Shown here one piece after another: positions 62,816 to 64,000 of a DNA stretch of 64,000 bases (positions are counted from its first letter, which is position 1; each line of letters starts with the position of its first letter). Source of the stretch: Octopus sinensis (taxonomy: Eukaryota); contig NC_042997.1 in NCBI RefSeq assembly GCF_006345805.1, forward strand, positions 143,964,001 to 144,028,000. The letters run 5' to 3'. Position numbers and translations under genes: made by a program. Below the pieces are notes generated by a model. That model worked only from the letters and a program-made list of their open reading frames with translations. It was not told where the DNA came from and searched no databases.

Positions 62816-64000
62816 CAGTAGTTTTATTTTTATAGCGTGCTTTCACTCCACTACCGAGCGCAGCTCTGTGTGACTTAGGTATGTGCTGTGATTTTTTGTG
62901 ATGCTCTGATGGTTATTGTATGGAAAGTGTTCTGCGTAGGATGTGTGCAGTGCCTAGTAGTGCAATTTTCTGTATGTTATATGTGTTTGTAAGTCCTGGT
63001 GTTTTTGTTATGTATTTGTCTGAATATTTTTTTATCATGCCTAATGCACCTACTATGATAGGAATTGTTTCTGTTTTTAGATTCCACATTCTGGTTACCT
63101 CTATTTCCAGGTCTTTGTATTTTGAGAGTTTCTCCATTTCTTTTAGAGACACGTTCTCATCTGCCGGTATTGATACATCAATTAGAAAGCATTTTTTTCT
63201 CATGATCTCTGACAACTATATCTGGTCTGTTGGCCTTAATTTCTCTATCTGTGTGTATCGGCATATCCCAGAGTATGGTTGCTTTCTCGTTTTCTGTGAC
63301 CTTTTCTGGTGTGTGCCTATACCATCTTTTTTCTGTTGTTATTCCATAATGTTGGCATAGCTTCCAATGTATGTAGGTTCCAACTCTGTCATGTCTGTGA
63401 ATATATTCCTTCTTAGCCAGGACTGGGCAGCTAGAGATAATATGATTTATTGTTTCTTGTCCATCTCCACATATTCAGCAGTTATTTGTTATATTTCTTT
63501 TCATTACATGTTTTTGGTAATTTCTGGTGGGGAGGCTTTGGTCTTGTGCTGCAATTAAAAATCCCTCCGTATCTGCTTTGAGTCCTGAGCTTCTCAACCA
63601 TTGCTGGGATTTTTCTTTGTCTATTTCTTTTGCGATTAGTTTAGTGCAGTATTTACCATGAAGGGGCTTTTCTTGCCATCGTTTTATCATGGTTCGTTAC
63701 TGTTCTATTCTTAGTTTGGATTTCATTTGTTTTATAGCTTTTGTTGTTTCTTCATCATCTTCTTCGTCTTCTTCATATTTATTAGGTGGTATGATTTCTT
63801 GTTTGTATTTGTCAGCTTCCTTAAATACTGAGAACAGTTTTTTTTTGCTCGTGTTTTGCCGCTATTTGTATCTGTTTTCCTTCCTTCTGAAGTAGGTGTT
63901 TTTGCAGTCCTATGGTGGTTATTTTATAGTAGTTTTCCAGCTGTATAAGGCCTCTACCACCTTCTATACGTTGTATATATAGTCTTTCTATGTCAGATTT
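62816..64000 (-). mobile_element. R4/Dong-type LINE (young family), 3' 1.2 kb; continues beyond the window
   Basis: Near-identical to 44981-46160; 3' end at (TAA)n. Confidence 0.95.

Overview
Animal (eukaryotic), AT-rich, repeat-saturated genomic DNA with no host protein-coding gene that I can support. There are no rRNA or bona fide tRNA genes and no CRISPR array. The SINE families and extreme microsatellite density suggest an octopus/cephalopod genome (inference from pattern recognition, not a database search). Contents: (i) dozens of microsatellites that generate most ORF-track entries; (ii) about 25 tRNA-derived SINEs of about four families; (iii) R4/Dong-type RT + restriction-like-endonuclease LINEs of at least three lineages, nearly all with (TAA)n junctions, including a 3.3 kb 5'-truncated copy at 45.0-48.3 kb broken only by 1-bp deletions; (iv) a near full-length degenerate Penelope-like element (PLE, RT + GIY-YIG) at 54.0-59.2 kb and many PLE 3'-end fragments beside (TA)n, several with hammerhead-ribozyme-like cores; (v) fragments of L1/Tx1-like LINEs, a possible RTE, a Ty3/gypsy integrase, mariner (DD34D-type), a DD37D/maT-type transposase, a hAT-like transposase and a Helentron-like non-autonomous element. 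The best leads are retroelement biology rather than a new host system: hammerhead-like motifs and their variants, a non-coding TAA-flanked retroposon-like element, an inverted PLE-end pair, and a SINE-LINE chimera. All coordinates were read by eye (about +/-10 bp for degenerate elements).
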